A DNA stretch of 64,000 nucleotides, from assembly GCA_963815195.1 (NCBI GenBank), contig CAWFGE010000014.1:128001-192000 (forward strand). The letters are read 5' to 3'. The DNA is from an uncultured Planctomycetaceae bacterium. GTDB taxonomy: Bacteria; Planctomycetota; Planctomycetia; Planctomycetales; Planctomycetaceae. The position numbers were made by a program, and so were the translations under genes. The notes beneath the pieces are model-generated. The model ran no database searches and was not told the DNA's origin. It saw nothing but the letters and a program-made list of their open reading frames with translations. This document shows, piece by piece, positions 1 to 9,941 of the stretch; the stretch's first letter is position 1, and the number at the start of each line of letters is the position of its first letter.

Positions 1-368
1 ATTTGCCGCGTCACCGTGAGTGGAAGGCGGTTCCACTCGAACGAGGCCCACGTTTTGCCCATCGGCAATTTCGAGCGCGTGAAGAGCCGCCTGATCCGGC
101 TCTCCCGCCGCGCTTCGCATTCCAGCGTCGTCAGTTCCGAAAGATACTCCAAGTGCGTTTGGTTCTCCCGCGCCGCTTGATCCGCCATCGGGCCGAAATG
201 ATCCCGAAAGCTCGGCAAGCGAAGTTCCCGAAACTGTTCCGTCAGCGGCCTGGTCAGGTCCGGTTTTGGGGGATGCGGCGTTCTCGCTGGGGAACTCGCC
301 GGGCGCGGTTTTCGCGGGGAGGTTTTCTTTGGACTCTGAGATTTTTTCCGGTTCTTGTTCGTAGTCAT
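1..368 (-). CDS. istB: IS21 helper ATPase IstB, N-terminal part (truncated by window edge)
   Basis: GGAG RBS then ATG at 368: MTTNKNRKK...LTEQFRELRLPSFRDHF...AARENQTHLEYLSELTTLECEARRESRIRRLFTRSKLPMGKTWASFEW, a typical IstB N-terminus. Confidence 0.88.
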   Translation of the reverse strand, partial: MTTNKNRKKSQSPKKTSPRKPRPASSPARTPHPPKPDLTRPLTEQFRELRLPSFRDHFGPMADQAARENQTHLEYLSELTTLECEARRESRIRRLFTRSKLPMGKTWASFEWNRLPLTVTRQ

Positions 369-1860
369 CAAACGGACTCTCCATGTCAGGGTGATCAAGC
401 AAACAATCAAACTCCGAGAGCGACGGCGGTTCCACGTCCACGTCCGTGGCTAAGGGAATCTCCGCCGCTTTCGACACCAACAAGCGAATCGACTCGACAT
501 CAATCGACTCGCCCGATTGGATTTTCAAACGCAGCACTTCATGCACGGCGTCTTGACTTTCGTGGGCCGCCAACTCCAACAGTTTGAGATAGGTTTTGTC
601 GGCCACTTTTTGCGAATGCGTTTCCAACAGCCGATCATAGGCCATCCGAAAATAGCTCGTCGGAAACAGCTCCTCGCGATACTTGTAATTCTCGAACGCC
701 CCCGGTTTTCGGACCAAAGAATCAATCACATGCCGATAGTTGATCGAGGCTCCGCCGCTGCCGATCAAACGCGGCATGCGTTGAATGAAAACGCCTTGGT
801 GCGTGACCTCGATGTATTCGGCACTCATCTGGACATCCACCTTTTGGCCGATCAATCGGCTGGGCACCGAGTAGCGGTTGGTTCGCACGCGAATCGTGCT
901 GCTCTTCGCCACGCGAATGCCTTGAAGCCTTTCATCCGTATCCAGCCGATGATCCGGCAGGCGGGCCAAAAACTCTTGCTCAAAGGCAAAGCGTTTTTGA
1001 CGATGTTGATTCGTCTTGGCCATCAGGGCTTCCAGGAAACTCACATAGTCTTCGCGGCTGGAAAAATCCCGGCTGCCGCGCAGAAGCAGGGCTTGATCCA
1101 CCCGGTGTTTGAGATGGCCGTTCGAGGATTCCACATCGCCGTTTTCATTGGCGCAACGGGCGTTGGTTTTCTCCGGCTGACTGCCGTAGTGATCCATCAA
1201 CGCCTGGTAGCGTGCGGTATGCGTCTTGCGATCCGAATGGTTGTTGACCGCCGCGCTCAAACTGTCGGTGCGATGCCGCTTCGGCACGCCGCCGAACTCC
1301 CAAAAGGCTTTCTGAATCCCCGCGCTCAAAGCCTCAAACGATTCGGAAAAACAGAGCGAAACCGACTCCACGTTCGAGTAGGTCAGCACGCAATGAAACA
1401 GCGTATGATCGAAACGCTGCCCGGCGATCTTCACGCCCAGATCGTTCATCACCGTGAAATCGCTGGCCGCCAACCGGCCCGGATGGTGCACCTGCTCGAA
1501 CATCACCGGCTTTCCCGGCCCCGAAAGGCTTCGCCATTTCGCCACCCGCCGCTCAAAAGTTCGCCGGGTGGAATTGGGAAACTGCCCCGAGTATTTCTCC
1601 TGGAGCCATTCAAAGAGCGTCTTGGCTTTGAGGCGCGGTTCCGCTTCCAAGCGGGCTTGGACTTCGTCCCACACCCTCTCAAAGGGATCGACGCGTGTTC
1701 GGTACTCCCGGGGCTTTTTCCGCTCCGAGGGCAACCGCCCGTCATCCCGGTACTTCCGCCCGGTTTTTTCATCCATGCCACTCATCCTTGCCGAGGCAGC
1801 GAGAGAGAGTCCCTTGTCGAGCAATCGCCGCAGTTCCAAAACTTGTCCATTGGTGATCAT
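1..1860 (-). CDS. istA: IS21 transposase IstA (no stop codon inside window)
   Basis: Manual translation: GGAGG RBS at 1866-1870, ATG at 1860, MITNGQVLELRRLLDKGLSLAASARMSGMDEKTGRKY (HTH), then SDFT, HRTDSLSAAV and NENGDVESSNGHLK (DDE core), and NRYSVPSRLIG. Absent from the ORF track because the frame stays open to position 1. Confidence 0.92.
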   Translation of the reverse strand, partial: MITNGQVLELRRLLDKGLSLAASARMSGMDEKTGRKYRDDGRLPSERKKPREYRTRVDPFERVWDEVQARLEAEPRLKAKTLFEWLQEKYSGQFPNSTRRTFERRVAKWRSLSGPGKPVMFEQVHHPGRLAASDFTVMNDLGVKIAGQRFDHTLFHCVLTYSNVESVSLCFSESFEALSAGIQKAFWEFGGVPKRHRTDSLSAAVNNHSDRKTHTARYQALMDHYGSQPEKTNARCANENGDVESSNGHLKHRVDQALLLRGSRDFSSREDYVSFLEALMAKTNQHRQKRFAFEQEFLARLPDHRLDTDERLQGIRVAKSSTIRVRTNRYSVPSRLIGQKVDVQMSAEYIEVTHQGVFIQRMPRLIGSGGASINYRHVIDSLVRKPGAFENYKYREELFPTSYFRMAYDRLLETHSQKVADKTYLKLLELAAHESQDAVHEVLRLKIQSGESIDVESIRLLVSKAAEIPLATDVDVEPPSLSEFDCLLDHPDMESPFDDYEQEPEKISESKENLPAKTAPGEFPSENAASPKTGPDQAADGTVSGTSLAELSGSFRPDGGSSGAGEPNALGVSFGTDDAGMRSAAGEPDQAALHALEIADGQNVGLVRVEPPSTHGDAAN

Positions 1861-2058
1861 CACAACCTCCGTGAAAACGAGAAGCTGCCATGATGACCTG
1901 AACGGAACCTCCAGGGAAATCTAATTGTCGCTGAAAGAAGAATTGCGAGCAGAGAACCCGCGGAAATTCACACCAAACCCGGAAATCCAATCGCCGCCAA
2001 ACGGGAAAAGTAGTTGTCGTTAGACACGCAGTTCAGCAGTGCATCGCTCGCCTCGATG

Positions 2059-5000
2059 CTATTCGCTTTTTTCCTCGCTGACACCACCTTCAACGCCTGA
2101 TAGTTCTTCCAGGTCCGTATTTTTGAAATGAGGACCAATCAACCGAGACACAGTGGCCGAAATCGAACGAACTCGGCCGGCCACCCACGGTTCCGAATGT
2201 GGTGCCATCTCCTGCATATTCGCACGCCAAGTACTGACCGCACTTACCCATTCGGTCCATCGTCCGGACTCGGCGAGCCGCTGCACCGCACTTCCGGCAC
2301 CCGCGTTGACCGACATCTGCAGAACACGCATTGCCAGGAGGCGAACCCTTTCAGGATCACTGAGCCCCTCGATGGCATATGTGAGCAGGTGTGGAAGGCG
2401 AATGGACCAATTGGCGATCTGATGCTGCTGGAACTCAGCGCACGCCTCTAAGAGCGGGTCCACGACAATCTCAGATGCACTTGCCAGAAACTCCACCACA
2501 TCATCCGTCTGTTCCAACCACTTCGCGAACGTCTCATCGTATGCTGTCGTCGAATTGACGAGGTCCTTCAATGCGAGAGCGAGCAAATGTTGTACGTGCG
2601 GAGGGAGTTGAGAGAACCGATCGAGATAAGATGCAACCTGTTTAGGGTCCGACAGTTCTTTGCGAAAGGCTAGTAGACCGACGAGTTGCTCACTGACTTC
2701 GTGCGGCCCGTACCCTTCAACGGTACAGAGAAATTCCAGCCCTTCATTCTCCTGAAAAGCAAATGGAACTTCTGCATCGCCCCAGGGCTGTGCAAGATGG
2801 CTTGTCACGAGATAGCTGTGAAGCATGTTTGCAATGGTTTGCTGGACCGCGTTTGGAATTCCCGGTAGCTGCGGTAAGGATTCTGCAGCCAAACCCAGAT
2901 TTGTTAGAAGAGACATGGCCCACACGGACTGTAATTGGAGTGTCGCGTACCTCATCGGTGAAGGGATAACCGGAGAGCGGGCAACGGTCCACCGAAAATA
3001 GGCGGACCGCCAATGCGGCAGCACAATTTCTCGCAATGCCCATTCCGCATTCCTCTCACTTTTTCCCAAGAGTTCTCCAACCTTCGCCGCAAGCCACCAC
3101 GCATAACAGGCAATGGCTTCCCCGTGCTGAGTGGGGTGAATTGCTTCGATGTGATAAGCAAAATGCGATGCCAGTTCGCAGGATAGTCGCCAACGTGCAC
3201 TGGTTTGCGGCAACTCCTTGGCAGTGTCATCCGGGTTCAGGATGTTGGACGCTTCGCTCCAGAATTGCTCCCACTCGTCGACTGGCCGCACCTGCGGGAC
3301 GTGCAAGGCGACTGTAACGGCATGATAGCGTGCAATAGGGTTGATTTGTCGCTCGGCCCATTTCCACACGTCTGCCCAACTCACTTTGTTATCCTGGTGC
3401 GCGGATATCCATAAGGTTACAAGCCGAGCAGCGCTGAGATCGTTCGACAGCGGGACATACCCGCAACGCTGCAAGTAGCCTGTGAGTGCATCATCAAGGG
3501 CCGGGTGTTTCGCGAGATCCTGAATCCAGGAAATGATCTCCTGCCGCTGCTCGGAGGGGTGCCATACATGTGGCCGATAATTGACCAGAGTCTCAAAACT
3601 GGGGTTCATCACTTCGCCGACGTAATGGTTTATCCCCTCCTTGTAGTTTGCAGCCAAGCATTGACGAAGACAGGTTTGGATACCGAATAGATCAATCCGT
3701 ACCGTTTCGGCTGCGGTGGTCGCCGCACCTCGCCATCTATCCTCTTCCATTGAGGCAATATCAGCGTACGCGTCCTTCAAAATATTTAAGGTGTGTGACG
3801 TCAGCCACGGGTATTCCGACTCTCCTGCGGCGATCAGGTAGACGAGCGCGGCCCGGCGTAACTCAGCCTCTGGGCGAAACAGAAGACTGTCTACTTCGAT
3901 GACAGATACGCTTTCTTCCTCAGGAATAAAGACGAGTCCCCCTGGTCCACCGAGGTTCTGCGTGGATTGACTTGCTTCGCGCAGCATGTCAGCAAGGCCC
4001 TCAGGAAGGGGAGGCGGCGTGGCGTCTTCCAATAAACCGAGGGCCTTGAACCGCGAAAATGCCAGTGCGTCGAGTCGACCTTCCTTGAGGTGGAACAGCG
4101 TATTTTGCATCATCAGGTTGCAGAATGCCATTTCACCTTCCGGCTCGACTCCAAGCGTATCTTCTTTATCCATCAACACTTTGATGGCGTTGGCCGCTTC
4201 AGCTAAATACTGATCTTCACTAATCCCAAGAGCCTCGGCTAGGGTCCGCAGGGCTCGATTTGCACGGCCCCGGTCATGAATGCTCGTGAATTGGACCATC
4301 GCCATGCTTAAAACAGAGAGTCGCTCCCTCTGGGCAATATTGTAGCCGATTTGGTTGTACCATAGCCCTCGAGGGCAAGAGGGGATCAGCTCCTCTCCAA
4401 CCCACATCGTCAGAACTACACAGGCTTCCTCAGAGAATTTTCCGTCACTCCAAACCTTAGCGAGAAACGAGGCTGTGGAATTCATCCAGGCGGTTACGTA
4501 TTTGATTGCCATCGGCATCGGTGGATCGGACTGCTCTGGGCCACAGTGTAGGCCGGGATCTCGCAATGAGTCATGCAGATAGAAGGCAGCGTCGAGCAGG
4601 GCGGGTCCCGGTAAATTCTCTGCGGACTCTTCAGCCCACGCATAGAGGATCTCCGACGACGGTACCAGGAACCGATACCGCCATTTCATCAACTGGTGAA
4701 AATCCCGAGCAGCGGAAACTGCATCATACGTTCCACATCTCTGCATACCGAGTACCACACAATCGGACCCACAGGCGAGAAGAGGGCCGTTCGTCTCATC
4801 GTGGGACGCTAGAACTTGGAGAACACGATCATCGGCAAGAAGTGGATATCTGAGGTGTTGCGCAAGGCGGATCGAGTCGAGGAAGAGTACATCGTCCTCC
4901 TCTGTATCCGGGTTCTCACTCGGCTCTGGAGGTGCCGGTAGAGGTTTCCAACTGATCTTGCCACGGTCAGCCAAGTCAGTAACAGTCTGCCACAGTTCGT

Positions 5001-7505
5001 CGTGAAGTTGCCGCGCAGAGCGAGCGGACTCATGTGCCCGCAGCTCCGAAAGCAGTTCCTCATATTCTGTAGCCCGGATGCAAATCGACAGCGCACTGAT
5101 TACCTCTTCGAAGACGGCCTGATTAGAAATCTGTCGTAAGGTCATCAAGCTAACAAGGACGGTGTCTCCTAATTGAAGTTCGGGGTGCACCGCATCAACC
5201 GCCGATGGCCTGTGGGCGACCCTAGACAGTTCCGCGAGGGCCGCTGGCGTGACCTTCTGTGTGGTTTTCAGGAGCGGAAGGAGGTCTTGCAGTCGGTAAA
5301 CGTGGTTCTCCCGATCGTCGGAATACTCATCTAGTTCGATTCCGCTCTCCGGCCACTGCGATTCAACACGAATTCGGCGTTGCTCAATACTCTTCCGGAT
5401 TGCAAGAAGCTCTTGCTCGCGGGAGGGCTGGTGCTGCGCAAATCGATCGGCATCACGGACATGAAGAAGGCCATAGCTGGCTGGGAGGATGATGCAGTCG
5501 AAGTGCTCTGCCGCTCTCTCCAGTGCATCGAGCTTGAAAAGAGTCAGGAGGGCAGTCAGATCGGCAACCACATGAGTGCCTGCCGGCGGAGCGGTCAGTT
5601 CATGCAGGAGTTTGCCCATTGGTGTACTTAGACCAGTGAAACTATTCGTCGCATAGACTGAGAATGCCGCTCGCGTCAGCGGCTCTTCTGATAACCATTT
5701 AAGTTCTTGCGTATGAAGAGTCCACGCCCATGCTGGAGCATTTCCTAGGGAGTCCTCAGCGAAAAGCCACGTCATTCGTCCAGCGATTAACGCCCGCTGC
5801 AGAGCTTCTCGACGGCTCTGAAAATTCCTGCCATGCTCAAGTATCTGCTCGATTGTCCCTTCCTGGAGCAATTCCATTGGGATCTTTCCCTCGCGGCGCA
5901 GTTCCAGGATCCTCGCAAAAGCCTCATGTGCGAGCCGATCATTACCAGCGGCGTAACCACGTTGCATGTAGCTGAAGAGAAATCTTGGATCGTCCCAATG
6001 GTCCGGTGCAATAGCCTCGAGCAACTGAAAGGCATCAGCCGGCTTAGTATCGGCTACCAGAAGCTCGCTAAGGAAGAGAATGGCTTCAAGCGGAGCATCC
6101 TCCGCGTCGCATACGGGCTTCAATACCTCGATTGCCTTAGCGGTTCGAGCTGTTCGTGCTAGGGCTTGTGCAAGCCACATCCGGTAGTCCCGATTCGAAG
6201 AATTCAGTTCGACCAAGCGCTTGAGGTAGGTCGCCGCTTGTACGTGGTCACCAAGTTGCACAAGAGCCCACACCAGCGTCCTCAGGTGCTCTTCATTGTC
6301 GGGTTTTTCTTCCAATAGCTGTATTAGTCCTCGAATCGCGCTCTGATATCGACGACGGTCGATCGACGCCTTGATGCTCCTGCGAACCACATCTGGATGC
6401 GGCACGAGTTCGCTGGCCTTCTCCCATGCGTGTACAGCACCTGCCTCGTCTCCGCTTCGTTCACAGAACTGAGCATGTGCCTGCCACCACACTCCGTCCG
6501 ATTCGTTACGCACGGCGTCGAGCTGCTCCTTCGCCTGCGGAAGGTTACCATCGACCAAGTGTTTCATGGCATGCAAGAGACCGAGGAACCGACTACCGCC
6601 CGGCCTGAGACGTGTGACGACCTCGATGGCCTTATCAATTTGAGCAGCCCCGCACCGAACACTAGTCTCGAAGAGACTGATACATACCGATTCCTTCGCG
6701 TCCTCGCTGGTTGCATTGGCGGAGAGTTCCACTAGAGCCTTGAACGCGGCTTCGGGTTTGTCGAATAGATCTCGCTCCATAATCGCCGCCAGAAGCGCGG
6801 CCTGAAAGTCGTTGGGGTGCTCCACACGCATTCGGTTGGGCAGTCCCTCGGGTGTGATCTGTATAAGCCCTCGGAGACACAGCTCGGCTACAATCAATGG
6901 TACTGGCACGTACTTCACCAGCCAGTGAGTATACTGAGAAAGGAATTCCTGGTCTCTGGTGATCCAGCGCAATACACGGCATAGGTTACCGCACTGAACT
7001 CATACTCGCCTACGATCTTTCGGTTAGCGCGTACTGAAGAGAGCAACGGATCAAGGATTTCGATGACAGTCCTCGCCAGTTCGACGTCAGTGTCTGCCCA
7101 CGGCTCAGGATCTAGTAGTGAATGGCCCGGATGCTGCTTCCGCCAGCCCTCGATGACACCCTCAGCGAACCCGAGGCGAGATAATCGCATAACGACAAGG
7201 CTGCAGGAAGCATCCGCCTGTTCCACGAGGTATTGTGCGCGGGTAATGTCTCCCAGGAATGCAAAGGCAACAATGGCAAGGTGAATCCACTCGTCGTCGA
7301 CGCGCCGGTCACGGATAAGGTCTACAGCAACTTGATGGCGGCTAGCGCGCAGCAAGATCGCGAGGGCAGCGCGCATGCGTATTGGGTCCGTGAGAGGGCC
7401 TAGCAGCTGCAATGCGGCATCGGGTCCACTGGTGAGTTCCGCCTCTAGCGCTTTCGCGGCGATAAGCTTGGCGTGTTGCTCGTCAAATTGATTAGTCAGT
7501 GACAC
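2059..7505 (-). CDS. Very large TPR-repeat + PIN-like domain protein (~1,800 aa; one apparent frameshift near 6965)
   Basis: ORFs 6915-7505 and 2059-6972 join if one base is added at TAT TGC GC^ TGG ATC ACC. TPR-like helices (AVHAWEKASELVP, AATYLKRLVELNSSN). PIN-like motifs VVADLTALLTL...IILPASY (~5480-5571) and DSIRLAQHLRYPLLADDRVLQ (~4820-4880). AAGGAGG RBS lies 6 nt before GTG 7505. Confidence 0.7.
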
Positions 7506-9021
7506 ACTCAGCCTCCTTAAGCAATTCCTGCAGCCGCGTCACGTCGGGTACTTCTCCGGATTGTTTCTCGTTTAGGAGGTGTTTCTGCTCAAGCCTCACT
7601 AGGAGGAGCCACCCATGCCGTACGATTGCTCCCTTGCGGGATACGGTCCTCAGCAGTTTCTCCAACTCAACGGCCGATGGGCCGGTTTCCTTCCAGCGAC
7701 CACTCTCTATTAAGGTGTCTACTCGCTCATTCAACTGCTGGATTTGGACGTACTGAGGAGCCAAGGGTTGGAGTTCCGGGACAATGATCAATGGGAAATC
7801 GAGTTCCGGAGGCACGCCGACGCCTTCGGAAGCCACCGGTTTGAATGCGATGGTCGGAGATACTTGGTGCTTCACTGGCCCAGCTTCCCCAACCTGTTCC
7901 GCGGATACTTGGTCTGTCGAGTGTTTGGACGAGTCAATCTTCGGTGGAATAGCTGGCGATTCGACGGAGGTGGAAGCTGCGGCGGTGGGAACCGCCTGGA
8001 CTGGCGGAAAAGTTTCCAATTCCTGAAGCGCAGTCGGGTGGAGGTGCTCAATGACGGCCCGAGTGTAGGCCGCCGCAATCAAAGCGGCGTAGGAGTGCCA
8101 GTCATCGTTTTTCGTTGAATTGCAGTAATCACAGGTACCACGGACGACGAGATAACCTACATTTGCGACCCAGCTCGCGTCGGCCACTCCGGAGCCTTCC
8201 ATTTCAACAGCTCTGATGTTCCAGCGATTCCGTAGTGCATCGCGTTTTTTCGGGTCAGCAAGCACGATGTTGGCCGCGCCAATGGCACCGCGGAACACGC
8301 GAGGTTTGCCATGCCGACGATCGAGATCCTTTGGATGTGGGACGGCATCTCCCGTTCCATCCGGCGTATCAATTAGTCTATCCTTTTTCGGTGCCGGGCG
8401 TTTCCACGACCGAGAACTCTCGAAGCGTCTCAGAAACTCGTTTATTTTCTTGTCCCAATCCCGGAGATCCTGGTGCCCCAATAACCTCTCACGGGAATGC
8501 ATATTTCCCACAGCCGCCAGCAGTTGAGGGCACGGTGGCCGCGCTGTTCCGCGGAACTCGAACCCAGTGAACGGATCGTCGTTTGTTCGGTGGGGGTCGC
8601 GCTGTTTTCCAAAATCGTACTGAATGATGCCGGGCGGACCACTCACGACAATGTCCCCCAGACGGACATGATCCTCCGGCTTACCTGGGTGCGGCACTGC
8701 ACCCGCGATGCCGCACATGATCAGTGATTCAATCGCTTCGCAGTGTTGCAGGAGGATGTTCGCTGCGATCGCCGCCGCGGTGTTTCCCATTGACGGTAGA
8801 CGCGTAATGGCGACCACGTGCTCCCCCCCGTGCTTGGAGGGAATAAAGCACAGCCAGCAGGTGAGTGCACCGGAGGTTGAGCGTTTCTGCCTCTCAATTC
8901 CCTGCTGGTCGGGGTCAAAAATGCCCAGACAGGCCGAGTATTCCTCTTCCAGCGCGGTTAATACCCCAATAGTGACGTGCCGAAACTCCAACTGTGGTTC
9001 CTCGGAATACTGGCGTAACAT
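7492..9021 (-). CDS. PNP_UDP_1 / MTA-SAH nucleosidase-fold protein with Pro/Ser-rich linker and small helical C-terminal domain
   Basis: Motifs IGVLTALEEE, MGNTAAA, GIAGAVP, VRLGDIVVS, IIQYDFGK, AVEMEGSG and VVRGTCDYCNSTKNDDWHSYAALIAAAY in aa ~15-330. Confidence 0.88.
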   Translation of the reverse strand: MLRQYSEEPQLEFRHVTIGVLTALEEEYSACLGIFDPDQQGIERQKRSTSGALTCWLCFIPSKHGGEHVVAITRLPSMGNTAAAIAANILLQHCEAIESLIMCGIAGAVPHPGKPEDHVRLGDIVVSGPPGIIQYDFGKQRDPHRTNDDPFTGFEFRGTARPPCPQLLAAVGNMHSRERLLGHQDLRDWDKKINEFLRRFESSRSWKRPAPKKDRLIDTPDGTGDAVPHPKDLDRRHGKPRVFRGAIGAANIVLADPKKRDALRNRWNIRAVEMEGSGVADASWVANVGYLVVRGTCDYCNSTKNDDWHSYAALIAAAYTRAVIEHLHPTALQELETFPPVQAVPTAAASTSVESPAIPPKIDSSKHSTDQVSAEQVGEAGPVKHQVSPTIAFKPVASEGVGVPPELDFPLIIVPELQPLAPQYVQIQQLNERVDTLIESGRWKETGPSAVELEKLLRTVSRKGAIVRHGWLLLVRLEQKHLLNEKQSGEVPDVTRLQELLKEAECVTD

Positions 9022-9580
9022 TACGGCAGGCTCCTCCGAGATTACCGTTCAAACACTCGGAATTGTTAGGGAGAATTCCTCGCCAGAAGATGTTGAATCG
9101 ACGAGAAACACGCATTGTCATTGGATCAGTGATGATGCCTTAGCATACCGCAAAACTCCGAAGCCACACAACTTCTTGCATCTCAATTTGATTCCAATCC
9201 GTCCCAAAAATACGGCTAATCCCTCGTTTTCCAGGACAAAACCGACTTTTCGACCGCCGATTTACCCACAGATTCAGGTGAGGAGGTAGAATGTTAGCGA
9301 CGGCAATACTATTTGACCCAACACAATGCTTCGCGACGGCACGATCAAGTTGGATGGAAAGGAACAGCAGACTGATCGACACGCGGGGAAGTCGGAAGAC
9401 GATCGATTCTCAATCGAACTGCACGACGGCCTATCTATTCTCAAGCCAAGTCAGTTAGGCAAGGGTTCGGACCGGTGCAAAATTATGAACCCCGAACCCA
9501 CTGGTTTACTGGCCGGTTGTTAACCTCTGGGGGCTGTTTACCAAGAGAGTCCGAGAGTTCGTACGCGGATTTTTGCGACC

Positions 9581-9609
9581 CCGAAGCGAACCCCTAGGGT
9601 TCGCTTCGG
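9581..9609. repeat. Perfect 13-bp inverted repeat (hairpin) near island end
   Basis: ccgaagcgaaccc-cta-gggttcgcttcgg. Confidence 0.8.
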
Positions 9610-9941
9610 ACCCCAAAAAACAATTGCCTAACCCGAGAGCGCGGGGTAGGATGGAAAGATTGCCGAAAGGCTAGAGTCCACGCGGGTTAAGGCAAAACGC
9701 CAAGCGCTCTCGCATCGGGCGTCTTGAGTCAACCAGTGGGTACGGGGATTCCGTACAAAAACTTTTAGCTCCACGGCAAGGACGCGAATCTTGAACCTAC
9801 CGGTTAAGAGCTCAACTGGGTGATTCAAAATGTAGTAAAATGTAGTTAATTGAACGGAAGTTTTCCAAATATGACTGAATTTGACCGGAATTCGATTAGG
9901 ATCAAGAATCCATGAAAACGCTGGATTAGTAGAGTTTCTGC

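Larger units (their letters stand above)
1..2026 (-). mobile_element. IS21-family insertion sequence (one end at 2026; runs off window start)
   Basis: Minus-strand terminus 5'-TGTCTAACGACAACTACTTTTCCCG starts at 2026. Three imperfect ~19-bp terminal repeats (gggaaatctaattgtcgct 1914-1932, cggaaatccaatcgccgcc 1980-1998, gggaaaagtagttgtcgtt 2003-2021) precede an istA/istB pair. Confidence 0.9.

Noticed and set aside
517..1893. 458-aa plus-strand ORF
   Set aside because: Exact antisense shadow of istA; no recognisable motifs.
2059..9021. Assignment to CBASS, Detocs or Avs/NLR systems
   Set aside because: No CD-NTase, histidine kinase/response regulator or STAND NTPase motif is visible in or beside the pair within this window; genes beyond the IS cannot be seen.
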